Origin: Candidatus Falkowbacteria bacterium CG23_combo_of_CG06-09_8_20_14_all_49_15
GTDB lineage: Bacteria > Patescibacteriota > Patescibacteriia > Patescibacteriales > UM-FILTER-48-10
NCBI GenBank assembly: GCA_002771615.1
Contig: PCSD01000094.1
Location: 1-30,645, forward strand
Length of the DNA: 30,645 nt
Direction: 5' to 3'
A program made the translations under genes and the position numbers. The notes below the pieces were generated by a model. That model did not search any database, was not told where the DNA came from, and saw only the letters and a program-made list of their open reading frames with translations. Positions 18,564 through 27,622 of this stretch are shown here, in pieces; position 1 is the stretch's first letter; each line of letters begins with the position of its first letter.

Positions 18564-18586
18564 AAAACCTTTCTTTCCAACCAACA

Positions 18587-18621
18587 AGCGGTTAACAATA
18601 AATGTTAACCGCTATTTTTTT
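18587..18621 (+). terminator. Intrinsic terminator after the GAF gene
   Basis: Perfect 11-bp stem AGCGGTTAACA-ataaa-TGTTAACCGCT then ATTTTTTT. Confidence 0.85.
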
Positions 18622-18803
18622 CGTCCGGAAAAAATGGTTTCAGTCTAAAATCTAACGCGGCACTTTGAGATTAATATGCGCGGTAAAACTTGTCTATTTT
18701 CTATTTATTCCGATAAATATTTGTTCAAAACTATTAATTACTAATTACGGCTCGGTATTTTTTAAATTGTTATGCGCTTAATTTTGACATTGGAAACGTT
18801 GTG

Positions 18804-19850
18804 TTAGATGCGAGCGGCCAACAGATGTTTAGAATTCTTAATGGCTTTCAATAAGGCTGGCCAATCCGAGCAAGCCATCAGGTTGGCTCTGATTTTTCCG
18901 GCCGTGCGTTCGCCCCGGCAATAGGCGCAAAGATGCTTGCGGATTTCCAGCGAATCGCTCTCACCGTTCGCCGCCGCCAAGCGGGCCTGTTCCAACATCA
19001 CCGCGGCTTTTTCCGGCCAGGAAAGATGGATTTCTTTTTGGCTTTTTAACTCCTGAAAAAACCAAGGGCGGCCCAGAGCGCCGCGGGCAATGCCCAGGCC
19101 GTCCGCCCGGCTTTGGCGCAGAGCCGCGTTGGCACCGGCCAAATCCAAAATCCCGCCGTTAGCCAGGATGACGCCGGGAAAACAGTTCCGCGCCGATCTG
19201 ACCATCTCAAGATCAACCGGTCCATTGTGCCCTTGGCTCATGGTCCGGCCGTGGATTATGACCGCCGCCAAAGGCAGATCGGATAAATAATCAAGAAAAA
19301 CCAAGGCATCCGTCCGTCCCACGCGCGCCCGGATTTTAATTGACACCGGCCGATCCGTGGACGCGCAAACCGCTTTGACGATCTCCCGGGCGATTTTTTT
19401 ATTATCCATCAAGACCGCGCCGGCGCCCTGTTTCACCACCTTGCGGACCGGACAGCCAAAATTGATATCAAAACCGTCCGGCGGCAAGCGGCGGTGCGAC
19501 CGCGATCCGCGCCCGCTGACGGCCGCAGGCAAACCATGGCGGATAATCAGGGCGATAGCGGCCTGAAAATGTTGCGGCTGGGCGCCGAACAATTGCACCA
19601 CATACGGCCTTTCCCGCGGCGCGGACGCCAACAAGCGCAAGGTATTCTCCGGCTGAAAAGTCAAAGCGGCGGCGCTCGCCATTTCGGAATAAACGATATC
19701 AGCGCCAAACGATTTGCAGACCTGCCGGAAAGGGCTGTCTGTCCAGCCGGCCATCGGCGCCAAAGCAAAAATCGGCCGGCCAGCCGATTTCAAGTCCGTC
19801 CAAAAATTATCAGCCTTGACTGTTTGACGGTTTTTCTTGATCCGCGTCAT
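18804..19850 (-). CDS. dusB: tRNA-dihydrouridine synthase (DusB-like)
   Basis: LAPMAGWTDSPFR, YSEM, VVQLFG, DINFGCP (catalytic Cys), GAGAVL, IHGRT, ANGGI, IARGALGRPWFF. Confidence 0.9.
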   Translation of the reverse strand: MTRIKKNRQTVKADNFWTDLKSAGRPIFALAPMAGWTDSPFRQVCKSFGADIVYSEMASAAALTFQPENTLRLLASAPRERPYVVQLFGAQPQHFQAAIALIIRHGLPAAVSGRGSRSHRRLPPDGFDINFGCPVRKVVKQGAGAVLMDNKKIAREIVKAVCASTDRPVSIKIRARVGRTDALVFLDYLSDLPLAAVIIHGRTMSQGHNGPVDLEMVRSARNCFPGVILANGGILDLAGANAALRQSRADGLGIARGALGRPWFFQELKSQKEIHLSWPEKAAVMLEQARLAAANGESDSLEIRKHLCAYCRGERTAGKIRANLMACSDWPALLKAIKNSKHLLAARI

Positions 19851-19952
19851 CGTGTTTTTTTGCTAATATTTATGCTTGGCCTGCGCTTCTTAGCCTCAGG
19901 AATATTAATAAATTTGATCCGGGCATACGGATCGGGACATAACGGCCAAAAA

Positions 19953-21353
19953 TTATCTTTTGAATATTTTCTGGCCGTCCTTTTGGTCCGCCACTTCATA
20001 ACCCATATCTTCCAGCTGGCGCCGCAATTCATCAGACCGTCCGAAATCCTTTTTTCTTCTGGCCTCCTCGCGCTCGCGCGCCAGAGCCTGCACCGCAGGC
20101 GATATTTCATCTTCCTGGCCGCTGATCCCCAGGCCGAGTACGCGGTCAAAATCAAGCCAAAGGGCAAGCTTCACAGCGGCGGGCAGTTCGCTTTTTAGCA
20201 TTTCCTGGGCAACGGCCAGGGCTTTGGGCGTATTCAAATCGTCATTAATCGCCCGCTGGAAATCTGCCTGGAAATTCCGGCCAGACGCGTGTCCGCCGTC
20301 CGGACCTTCAGGCCCGGTCGACTTTATTTCTCTGATCTGCCGGCGCAAATGCAGGAAACTTTGGCTGGCATTGGCCAGTGATTCCTCGCTGTATTCCATG
20401 GGCTTGCGGTAATGCGTCTGTAAAGCCGCGAAACGATAAGCCAAGGGCGGAAGATTTTTCTGACGCAATGAATTGTCCAAAGTCAAAAAATTTCCGGCGC
20501 TTTTGGCCATTTTTTTTCCGCCCGTAATATTCAAAAATTCGTTATGCAGCCAATAATTGAAAAATTTCCGGCCATAAGCCGCTTCGTATTGCGCGATCTC
20601 ATTGGTGTGGTGGACATTGATATGGTCAACCCCGCCGCAATGGATATCCCTCATTTCCTTGAGCCCGAGCGCGCTCATGACCGAGCATTCCAGGTGCCAG
20701 CCGGGAAATCCGATCCCCCAAAGACTTGGCCATTCCATCTGCCTCTTTTCTCCGCGGGGAGAAAATTTCCATAAAGCGAAGTCCGTCGGATGTTTCTTCT
20801 CTTGGTTTTTTTCCACTCTCGCCCCCTCTTTCAAAGTTTCCAAATCCAAATGCGATAAACGGCCATAAGCCGGGAAGCGGCTGGTATCAAAATAAATGCC
20901 GTCGCTGGTTTTATAGGTAAAGCCTTTCTCTTCCAGGATCTTGACCAAGGCGATCTGCTCAGTGATCGTTTCCGTCGCTTTAAGCCAAACATCAGGCTCA
21001 ATGATATTCAAGGCTTGCAGATCTTTTTTAAAGGCATCCGTATAGAAAGCCGCGATTTCCCAAATATTTTTTTTATCCGCCCGCGCTTTTTTTTCCATCT
21101 TGTCTTCACCCATATCCATGTCGCCGGTCAAATGGCCGACATCGGTGATATTCATCACATGTCTGACCTGGTAGCCGTTATAAAGAAGGACCCGTTTTAA
21201 GACATCTTCAAAAATATAGGCGCGTAGATTGCCCAAATGGGCGTAGTTATAAACAGTCGGCCCGCAGGTATAAAGTCCGGCATGATCAGGAATGATCGGT
21301 TTGAATTCTTCTTTTTTCCGGCTTAAAGTATTATAGAAAATAAGTTTTTCCAT
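19953..21353 (-). CDS. cysS: Cysteine--tRNA ligase
   Basis: YTCGPTVYNYAHLGN (HIGH), NITDVGH, DFALWK, GFPGWHLECS, DIHCGGVDH..HHTNE, KMAKS. Confidence 0.98.
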   Translation of the reverse strand: MEKLIFYNTLSRKKEEFKPIIPDHAGLYTCGPTVYNYAHLGNLRAYIFEDVLKRVLLYNGYQVRHVMNITDVGHLTGDMDMGEDKMEKKARADKKNIWEIAAFYTDAFKKDLQALNIIEPDVWLKATETITEQIALVKILEEKGFTYKTSDGIYFDTSRFPAYGRLSHLDLETLKEGARVEKNQEKKHPTDFALWKFSPRGEKRQMEWPSLWGIGFPGWHLECSVMSALGLKEMRDIHCGGVDHINVHHTNEIAQYEAAYGRKFFNYWLHNEFLNITGGKKMAKSAGNFLTLDNSLRQKNLPPLAYRFAALQTHYRKPMEYSEESLANASQSFLHLRRQIREIKSTGPEGPDGGHASGRNFQADFQRAINDDLNTPKALAVAQEMLKSELPAAVKLALWLDFDRVLGLGISGQEDEISPAVQALAREREEARRKKDFGRSDELRRQLEDMGYEVADQKDGQKIFKR

Positions 21354-21483
21354 AGTATGTATTACTTATTTGCCTTAGCTGTTGTTATTTGGTTAATGAC
21401 CTATCCTGATTCGCCAATTAATTTCTTTTTTACCAAACAATACCAGCGCCAGGACAGGCTGATCATATTTAAAAATTTCCTAT

Positions 21484-21512
21484 ATGCTATACGTATAATT
21501 TGATTTATACAA
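21484..21512 (-). promoter_or_regulatory. Putative promoter for cysS-dusB
   Basis: TTGTAT (21512-21507), 17 nt, TAGCAT (21489-21484), just downstream of a terminator. Confidence 0.45.
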
Positions 21513-21539
21513 TAATTATCTTGAATAATCAAGAGTAAT

Positions 21540-21566
21540 AAAAAAGAGGACCAATTAAGGCCCTCT
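21540..21566 (-). terminator. Intrinsic terminator ending the dcw-cysteine synthase-hypothetical transcript
   Basis: AGAGGGCC-ttaatt-GGTCCTCT followed by TTTTT on the minus strand. Confidence 0.8.
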
Positions 21567-21580
21567 ACGGATTCAAATCC

Positions 21581-21970
21581 CTAGTTTAACAAATCTTCCA
21601 GGGATAAGGATTTAATAAAAATGTAATCTCCTTCTTTATCCGGCTGAAAGTAATCAACCGTAAAGTCACCTTCGTCGGTCAAATAAACGATGACCAAATC
21701 TTTTCCTTTGGTTTTTTGGTCTGAGGGCGGAAAAGGATTGGACGGTTGATAATTTAGCTCAAGAAGGCGGCTGGCAATCTTGGCGGCCGCGGCAATTTCC
21801 TGATGTTTTTGGAAATGAAAATCAAAAATGATATTAGGCCGCAAGCCATGGTATTCGTAATAGGCGGTAAAACTGATACTTTTCATTTTCTCTTCTCCTT
21901 GGGCATTCACGAAAGATCCGATTAATAAGAACGCGGCCAATACAATCAACCTAAACAATGATTTTGCCAT
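21581..21970 (-). CDS. Hypothetical secreted protein (129 aa)
   Basis: Signal peptide MAKSLFRLIVLAAFLLIGSFVNA-Q; strong SD AAAGGAGGG; followed by a terminator. Confidence 0.8.
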   Translation of the reverse strand: MAKSLFRLIVLAAFLLIGSFVNAQGEEKMKSISFTAYYEYHGLRPNIIFDFHFQKHQEIAAAAKIASRLLELNYQPSNPFPPSDQKTKGKDLVIVYLTDEGDFTVDYFQPDKEGDYIFIKSLSLEDLLN

Positions 21971-21984
21971 TTTTACCCTCCTTT

Positions 21985-22887
21985 TTATCTTTTATTAAAG
22001 AATAATTCCGTGCTTAAATATTTTTCACCCCGATCCGGAAAAATTGTTACTATATTACCACTTTTTATCTTTTTGGCAAGCTTCAAAGCCGCGGTCATGG
22101 CCGCCCCGGAACTCATGCCGACAAAGATACCCTCTAACCGGATAATACGCCGCGCCATGGCGTGAGCCTCCGCGGTCTTAACCTTGAACACGCCATCCAG
22201 CTTATCCCGCTCATAAATGGCCGGCACGATGGCGTCTTGCATATTTTTCAGCCCTTGGATATAGTGCCCGCTTTGCGGTTCGGCGCTGTAAATTTTGACT
22301 TTCGGGTTATACTTCCGCAAATAGGCCGCCACGCCCATTAAAGTGCCGGAAGTGCCGATGGCGGAGACAAAATAATCCACCTGGCCGTTCATCTGGTGCC
22401 AGATCTCCTGAGCCGTCCCTTCGTAATGCGCGATTTTATTATACTCGTTGGAAAACTGATCGGGGCAAAAATATTTTTCCGGTTCGGCGGCCAGCAATTC
22501 CCGGACTTTCAAGATTGCTCCGTCCGTGCCGGTCCGGCCGGGCGTGAGGAATAAATCCGCGCCAAAAGCGCGGATCATATTTTTCCTTTCCTCGGAGACA
22601 GCCTCACTCATGATGATTTTCACACGATAGCCTTTCACTGCTCCGATCATCGCGAGCGCGATGCCCGTATTTCCGGAAGTCGCTTCCAAAAGCACCTTTT
22701 TTTTGTTCAAGCGGCCGCTGGCTTCCCCTTCTTCAATCATTTTCATGACAACGCGGTCCTTGATGCTGCCGCCCGGATTAACTCCTTCAATTTTCGCGAA
22801 CAAACCGGTTTTTTTACCCGCCCAAAGCCGGTTGATTTTAACCAAAGGCGTCTGGCCGATCGTCTGCAGAATATTTTGGTAGATCAT
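21985..22887 (-). CDS. PLP-dependent cysteine synthase family protein (CysK/CysM-like)
   Basis: IGQTPLV, EGVNPGGSIKDR (PLP Lys), EATSGNTGIALA, GTSGT, IQGL, GIFVGMSSGA, IFPDRGEKYLST. Confidence 0.92.
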   Translation of the reverse strand: MIYQNILQTIGQTPLVKINRLWAGKKTGLFAKIEGVNPGGSIKDRVVMKMIEEGEASGRLNKKKVLLEATSGNTGIALAMIGAVKGYRVKIIMSEAVSEERKNMIRAFGADLFLTPGRTGTDGAILKVRELLAAEPEKYFCPDQFSNEYNKIAHYEGTAQEIWHQMNGQVDYFVSAIGTSGTLMGVAAYLRKYNPKVKIYSAEPQSGHYIQGLKNMQDAIVPAIYERDKLDGVFKVKTAEAHAMARRIIRLEGIFVGMSSGAAMTAALKLAKKIKSGNIVTIFPDRGEKYLSTELFFNKR

Positions 22888-22890
22888 ATT

Positions 22891-24198
22891 TTATTTTTCT
22901 TGCCACTCCTTTTCCTGGCGGACTAAACAGGCGGCGGCCTGCGCCGGTTCCGGCATCAGTCCTTTGACGATCTTCTCCATCCGCGCGCCCTGCGAGCCTT
23001 TGACATAAATAATATCGTTATTTTTCAACTCTCGCCATAAAAAGTCAAGGGCCTCGTCATGATTTTTAAAATGTAATAATTTTTTTTCCGGAAAACCTGA
23101 TCTTTGCGCGCCTTGGATATAATTACCGGCCAAATCTCCGATCGCGGCTAAAAAATCATATTCTAAATTCGCTACCAAAGCGCCGATTTTTTCATGTTCT
23201 TTTACTCTGTCCGGCCCAAGTTCCAGCATATCGCCCAAAACCGCGATTTTCCGGTATTTACGGCTGAAATTAGCGGCCGTATCCTCAAGACCGTTCGCCA
23301 TCGACAAAGGAGAAGCGTTATATGTGTCATCCACAATCAGGGAGCCATTCAGGCCAGCCAACAAATTCATCCGACCCTTAGGCGGCTTGAATTCTTTCAA
23401 GCCAATAGCGATTTCAATCAGATTCAAGCCGAAACTCACGCCAACTGCCGCTCCGGCCAAAGCGGCATAAACGGCGTTATGTCCGAAAAAACCCGGCAAA
23501 AAAACGGGGACAGCCGAACCTTTATGAATCAGCTTAAAACTGATGCCAATCTCATTTTCAAAGGCTTTAAGCCCGTTCTGTCCGCGCGGTCCCAGGCTAA
23601 AACGGATTTCTTTGGCCTGGAAATCCGTCTTGTCTTTCAAGCCGTAACTAAATATTCGGCCGGGATAATCTTTGGTAATCTCTTTGGCGAATATTGTATC
23701 GGCGTTTAATATCGCCTGTCCGTCCGGAATTAAATTGCGAAAAATTTTCTGTTTTTCATTTTTTATTTGTTCCAAGGTGCCGAAAAATTCCAAATGCGCC
23801 GGTCCGATAGCCGTGATCAACGCCACTCGCGTTCTGATAAAATCTGAAAAATAATCCAAATCGCCGGGATGATCAACACCCATTTCCAAAATTAATATTT
23901 GTGGATATTCGTCTTTCGGCCCGGTCAAGATGGCCCGAAAAATAATTTTAAGCCAGCCAAGCCAGGAATGTCCGGCCGATTCGGCGCCAATGATGGTCAA
24001 AGGGACGCCCAGTTCATTGTTGTAATTTTTTATGTTCCGGCGGACGGTAAAATGATTTTTTAAGACCGCATAAATCGCCTCTTTGGCGCTGGTTTTTCCG
24101 ACACTGCCGGTCAGACCGACGAGGCGCGGACGATGAGCGCGCAATTGCCGACGGGCGAGGATTTTTAAAACATATTTCAGGATTTTTTTCATATACAT
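22891..24198 (-). CDS. murF: UDP-MurNAc-tripeptide--D-Ala-D-Ala ligase
   Basis: VGLTGSVGKTSAKE, NYNNELGVPLT, LEMG, HLEFF, KGRM, DDTYNASP, GDMLELG, VKGSQGARME; start may be 24192. Confidence 0.92.
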   Translation of the reverse strand: MYMKKILKYVLKILARRQLRAHRPRLVGLTGSVGKTSAKEAIYAVLKNHFTVRRNIKNYNNELGVPLTIIGAESAGHSWLGWLKIIFRAILTGPKDEYPQILILEMGVDHPGDLDYFSDFIRTRVALITAIGPAHLEFFGTLEQIKNEKQKIFRNLIPDGQAILNADTIFAKEITKDYPGRIFSYGLKDKTDFQAKEIRFSLGPRGQNGLKAFENEIGISFKLIHKGSAVPVFLPGFFGHNAVYAALAGAAVGVSFGLNLIEIAIGLKEFKPPKGRMNLLAGLNGSLIVDDTYNASPLSMANGLEDTAANFSRKYRKIAVLGDMLELGPDRVKEHEKIGALVANLEYDFLAAIGDLAGNYIQGAQRSGFPEKKLLHFKNHDEALDFLWRELKNNDIIYVKGSQGARMEKIVKGLMPEPAQAAACLVRQEKEWQEK

Positions 24199-24225
24199 AT
24201 AATTATTTTCTGAAAAAAAATCTCA

Positions 24226-26136
24226 TTATTGCTCTTTCGGAATTTGATAATAATCAAGTATGAAGGCGGCTAACTTGCTGAAAGTGGGCGCGGCCGATGA
24301 AACTGCAAATTCCGTATTCTGGGGGCTATCCAGCTTGACCAAGGCGATAAAAACTGGATCAGCCACCGGCCCAAAACCAATGAAACTCTGGGTCGTTTCT
24401 TCTCCATAGCCGCCTTTATCTTGGTGCGCGATTTGTGCGGTGCCGGTTTTGCCGGCCAGATAATAACCTTCCACTCGGGCGTTTTTTGCGTGTCCTTTTT
24501 CCATGACATTGACCATCATACCGGACAGAATCGTGGCCGTCCGCTCGCTGACCACCCTTCTGACCTGGCGCGGCGAGGTGATTTGCTCCGAATTGTCCGC
24601 TCTGACGATTTTTTCCACCAAATACGGTTTCATTAAAATCCCACCGTTCGCCACCGCGCTGAACGCGGTCACCATCTGCAACGCGGTCACGGTTAGGCCT
24701 TGACCAAAAGTCGCGGTCGCCGCCTCCACCGGCCGGATTGTTTTTCGTTTCAAATTGCCAATATCACCCATCGCTTCCGTTTCCAGCTCCACGCCGGTCT
24801 TTTCACCGAAACCGAAGGCTTTGACATATTCGGAAAATTTTTCCGCGCCGATTTGTTCCATAGAATAGACGGCGCCGGTGTTCAGGGAAAATTCCAAAAC
24901 ATTGCTCATGGTTGACAAACCGTGCGCGCCATGCGTGTCAAAGTCGGAATTCTTGATCGGTTTCGGCCAACCCTTAACCATAATATATCCTTTGTCTAAA
25001 TATGTCGATTCCGGCTTGACCGCGTTCAGGTCCAAGGCGGCGGCCATCGTCAGAGGCTTCATGATTGAACCCGGCTCCCATTGGTCAAAAATCACCGGAT
25101 TGTTATAGGCATAAATATCCGCCACTGCCGCATAGTCATTCGGATCATAATCCGGCGCCGAACACATAGCTAAAATCGCCCCGCTTTGGGGTTGCATGAC
25201 AATGATACTTCCGCTTTTGGCCTGATATTTTTCCACAGCTGCTTTTATCTGCCGGCAGGCAAAAAACTGGATTGGCCGCTCCAAAGTCAGATACAAGTCG
25301 CTACCATCAACGGCTTGATGCAATTCCCGATGGCTGGCAATATTTATTTGTCCGAAAGCGTCTTTTTCCGCCTTTAGATTTCCGAAGCGTCCGGACAATT
25401 CATCATTAAAAAATCCTTCCAGCCCATACTGGCCAAGAGGGGGGTCGGATTGGGCGCTCACAAAACCAAAAAGATGCCCGCCAATTTCTTTTTCCGGATA
25501 AAAACGGAAATCTTCTAAATAATAATCAAGTCCGGCCAAACCGTAAGTCATGAACTCTTTAACTTTCTCTTCTTCCACTTTGCTTTGCAATGGTTCAAAA
25601 GGATCGTCCGGTTTATCAAGTTTTTCAAGATAATAAGCGATTTTGGCGTCTTTGGCTTTCTTGGCCTCTAATTCATATTTGATCTGAAATAGTTCCTGAT
25701 CGGCGGGAAGCAAAGACGCGCTTGATGTGCCTGATCCGGCGAAATAAGGATCTTGCCGGAGATTGGAAAAAATCTTCTCCTGTTCTTTGGCCGCGTCAAA
25801 AAATTCGTATAATTTTTCCGCCGCCGCGTCTGGTTCGTCCACCAGGCGCGGGTCCGCGTAAAGCAAAGCGAATTTTTTATTAACCGCGGCCGGATAATAA
25901 ACATCAATCTGGTCTTTTTTTTCTTTGATCATAATCCGGCCGCGGCGCGGCTCAAGTCGGCGCTCGACTTGATGCTGGGCCGAAGCCAGGCCGGCATAAT
26001 GTCCGTATTTTAAAATCTGCAAGTTAAAAAGACGGTAAAGGGACATTAAAACAATTAAAAAAATAATCGTCAGCAATAAGTTTAAACGATTATTTTTATC
26101 TGTTTCGCGGCGCGGTTTTTTTTCCCCGTAGCTCAT
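24226..26136 (-). CDS. ftsI: Class B penicillin-binding protein (FtsI/PBP3-like)
   Basis: N-terminal TM helix, RRGRI, GLEG, EPGSIMK (SxxK), SLN (SxN), GKTGTAQ; located after ftsL-like gene. Confidence 0.9.
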   Translation of the reverse strand: MSYGEKKPRRETDKNNRLNLLLTIIFLIVLMSLYRLFNLQILKYGHYAGLASAQHQVERRLEPRRGRIMIKEKKDQIDVYYPAAVNKKFALLYADPRLVDEPDAAAEKLYEFFDAAKEQEKIFSNLRQDPYFAGSGTSSASLLPADQELFQIKYELEAKKAKDAKIAYYLEKLDKPDDPFEPLQSKVEEEKVKEFMTYGLAGLDYYLEDFRFYPEKEIGGHLFGFVSAQSDPPLGQYGLEGFFNDELSGRFGNLKAEKDAFGQINIASHRELHQAVDGSDLYLTLERPIQFFACRQIKAAVEKYQAKSGSIIVMQPQSGAILAMCSAPDYDPNDYAAVADIYAYNNPVIFDQWEPGSIMKPLTMAAALDLNAVKPESTYLDKGYIMVKGWPKPIKNSDFDTHGAHGLSTMSNVLEFSLNTGAVYSMEQIGAEKFSEYVKAFGFGEKTGVELETEAMGDIGNLKRKTIRPVEAATATFGQGLTVTALQMVTAFSAVANGGILMKPYLVEKIVRADNSEQITSPRQVRRVVSERTATILSGMMVNVMEKGHAKNARVEGYYLAGKTGTAQIAHQDKGGYGEETTQSFIGFGPVADPVFIALVKLDSPQNTEFAVSSAAPTFSKLAAFILDYYQIPKEQ

Positions 26137-26159
26137 GGCCGTTAAATTTATCTATTTTT

Positions 26160-26510
26160 CTAATCAGGCTTGATCGCGACTGTTTGATTGTTGCGCGTCA
26201 AATAAATATTGTCCGAGCCGCTCGGCACCAAACCGATTTTTTGCGCTTGGGCCGACACGGACTCCAGAGCCGACATCTTGGCCGCCAGCAATTCGTAGTC
26301 GCCGTTTTCCCGGCGTAATTCGCCCAAACAGGATTTTTTTTCAAATATTTCAAAACCCTTGCCGGACAAACTGTTGACCACGGCCGCGTTGCCGAACAGC
26401 AGGAATAAAACCAACAAGGATAACGCCCAGGCCAAAGATCGGAAGCTTGGGCCCTGTTTGGCCAAGCGGCACCGGCGGATCAAAGAACATTTTATTTTTG
26501 TTTTAGTCAT
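26160..26510 (-). CDS. FtsL-like cell division protein (TM plus coiled coil)
   Basis: 116 aa, basic N-terminus, one TM helix, heptad region; between rsmH and ftsI; 8-bp overlap with rsmH. Confidence 0.7.
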   Translation of the reverse strand: MTKTKIKCSLIRRCRLAKQGPSFRSLAWALSLLVLFLLFGNAAVVNSLSGKGFEIFEKKSCLGELRRENGDYELLAAKMSALESVSAQAQKIGLVPSGSDNIYLTRNNQTVAIKPD

Positions 26511-27423
26511 GAGTATTGATAATCCGAATCGCGGCGCGCAGTTTGGCGCTTCTGGCTCGGGGATTATTTTTGATTTCAGCGGCGGCGGGCACTAAAGGTT
26601 TTTTTGTCAGCAGGCGCAAGGCCGGCTCCGGCCCGTCGCTTATCCGTGATTTTTGCCGGAAAAAAATCTTCACGATCCGATCTTCCAAACTGTGGTAGGA
26701 AACAACCGCAATCACTCCGCCCGGACGCAGGCAACGGACAGCCGGCGCCAAAGCGGCGGATAAATTGCCCAGCTCGTCATTGACGGCGATGCGCAAAGCT
26801 TGAAAAACACGAGTGGCGGGATGAAGGCGGCGGGACGGGGGCTGGACAAAACTCACAATCCGCGCCAGTTCAGCGGCCGTGCGGATTTTTTTCTTTTGCC
26901 GCGCTTCTTTAATGGCGCGAGCGATGCGCCGGGAATTCCTTTCCTCGCCGAAACGGAAAAAAATATCCGCCAGCTCTTTTTCTGTCCGAAAATTTATCAG
27001 ATCATACGCGTTGGGACCTTGGTTGGCGATATTCATATTTAAAGCGCCATCGGATTGGAAAGACATGGCCAAATTTTCATCCTGAAGCTGGTCCGAAGAT
27101 AAACCCAAATCAAAAACAATGCCCGCCGCTTTTCCCCAAAATTCAGGACAATGGCTTTTTACCGCTTCTTCCAAATAGCGGAAATTAGCCTCGGCCATGA
27201 GTAAATTTTCCAGGCCTTGTTCCTGGTGCAACTTGTTCAAACGGTCAACGGCGCGCCGATCATAATCCAAGGCCAAGACCAGTCCTTGCGGGCCGACTTT
27301 AGCCGCGAAAGCCAAACTGTATCCCCCGCCCCCGGCCGTTGAATCAACGATAAAATCGCCCGGACGCGGATCAACCAAGCGGATCACCTCGTCCCGCATG
27401 ACTGGTTGATGGGCCGTGGCCAT
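26503..27423 (-). CDS. rsmH: 16S rRNA m4C1402 methyltransferase
   Basis: HQPVM..EV, VDSTAGGGGYS, FDLGLSSDQL, FGEE, HPATRVFQALRIAVNDEL, SYHSLEDRIVK, NPRARSAKLR; start moved from TTG 27486 to ATG 27423. Confidence 0.97.
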   Translation of the reverse strand: MATAHQPVMRDEVIRLVDPRPGDFIVDSTAGGGGYSLAFAAKVGPQGLVLALDYDRRAVDRLNKLHQEQGLENLLMAEANFRYLEEAVKSHCPEFWGKAAGIVFDLGLSSDQLQDENLAMSFQSDGALNMNIANQGPNAYDLINFRTEKELADIFFRFGEERNSRRIARAIKEARQKKKIRTAAELARIVSFVQPPSRRLHPATRVFQALRIAVNDELGNLSAALAPAVRCLRPGGVIAVVSYHSLEDRIVKIFFRQKSRISDGPEPALRLLTKKPLVPAAAEIKNNPRARSAKLRAAIRIINTHD

Positions 27424-27436
27424 AGTGAAAAATAAT

Positions 27437-27568
27437 TTATAAAACCAAAGCCCGGGCGCGGTCAAACAGCAAGCGGCGCAATTCAATCGTATTGACGAGC
27501 GGCGGCTTGATGATGCGGACCCGGACTTTTTTTTGATTTTGATTCTGGCTGATTTTTATTTTGGCCAT
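27437..27568 (-). CDS. Putative 43-aa basic small protein between mraZ and rsmH; not in the ORF track
   Basis: MAKIKISQNQNQKKVRVRIIKPPLVNTIELRRLLFDRARALVL*; A-rich leader; 22 of the last 29 codons end in G/C; fills the gap, stop 13 nt before rsmH. Confidence 0.6.
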   Translation of the reverse strand: MAKIKISQNQNQKKVRVRIIKPPLVNTIELRRLLFDRARALVL

Positions 27569-27622
27569 TTTGTTTTTATTTTTTGTAATTTATTTTTTGC
27601 TCAAAGGTCTTTGCGGCAAATT

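Noticed and set aside
18650-18809. attC-like pair ATCTAAC...GTTAGAT after the GAF gene
   Set aside because: The 160-bp span is longer than typical attC sites, the L boxes are not complementary, the right core is the dusB stop region, and there is no integrase in the window.
21357-21503. 48-aa hydrophobic plus-strand ORF (MYYLFALAVVIW...)
   Set aside because: Starts 3 nt from the divergent cysS start, so its promoter would have to lie inside cysS; it overlaps the cysS promoter and leader, and AT-rich DNA explains the hydrophobicity.
21354-21580. T-box riboswitch upstream of cysS (or alaS)
   Set aside because: No UGGNACC T-box bulge, specifier stem or terminator; alaS has only a 36-nt gap upstream.
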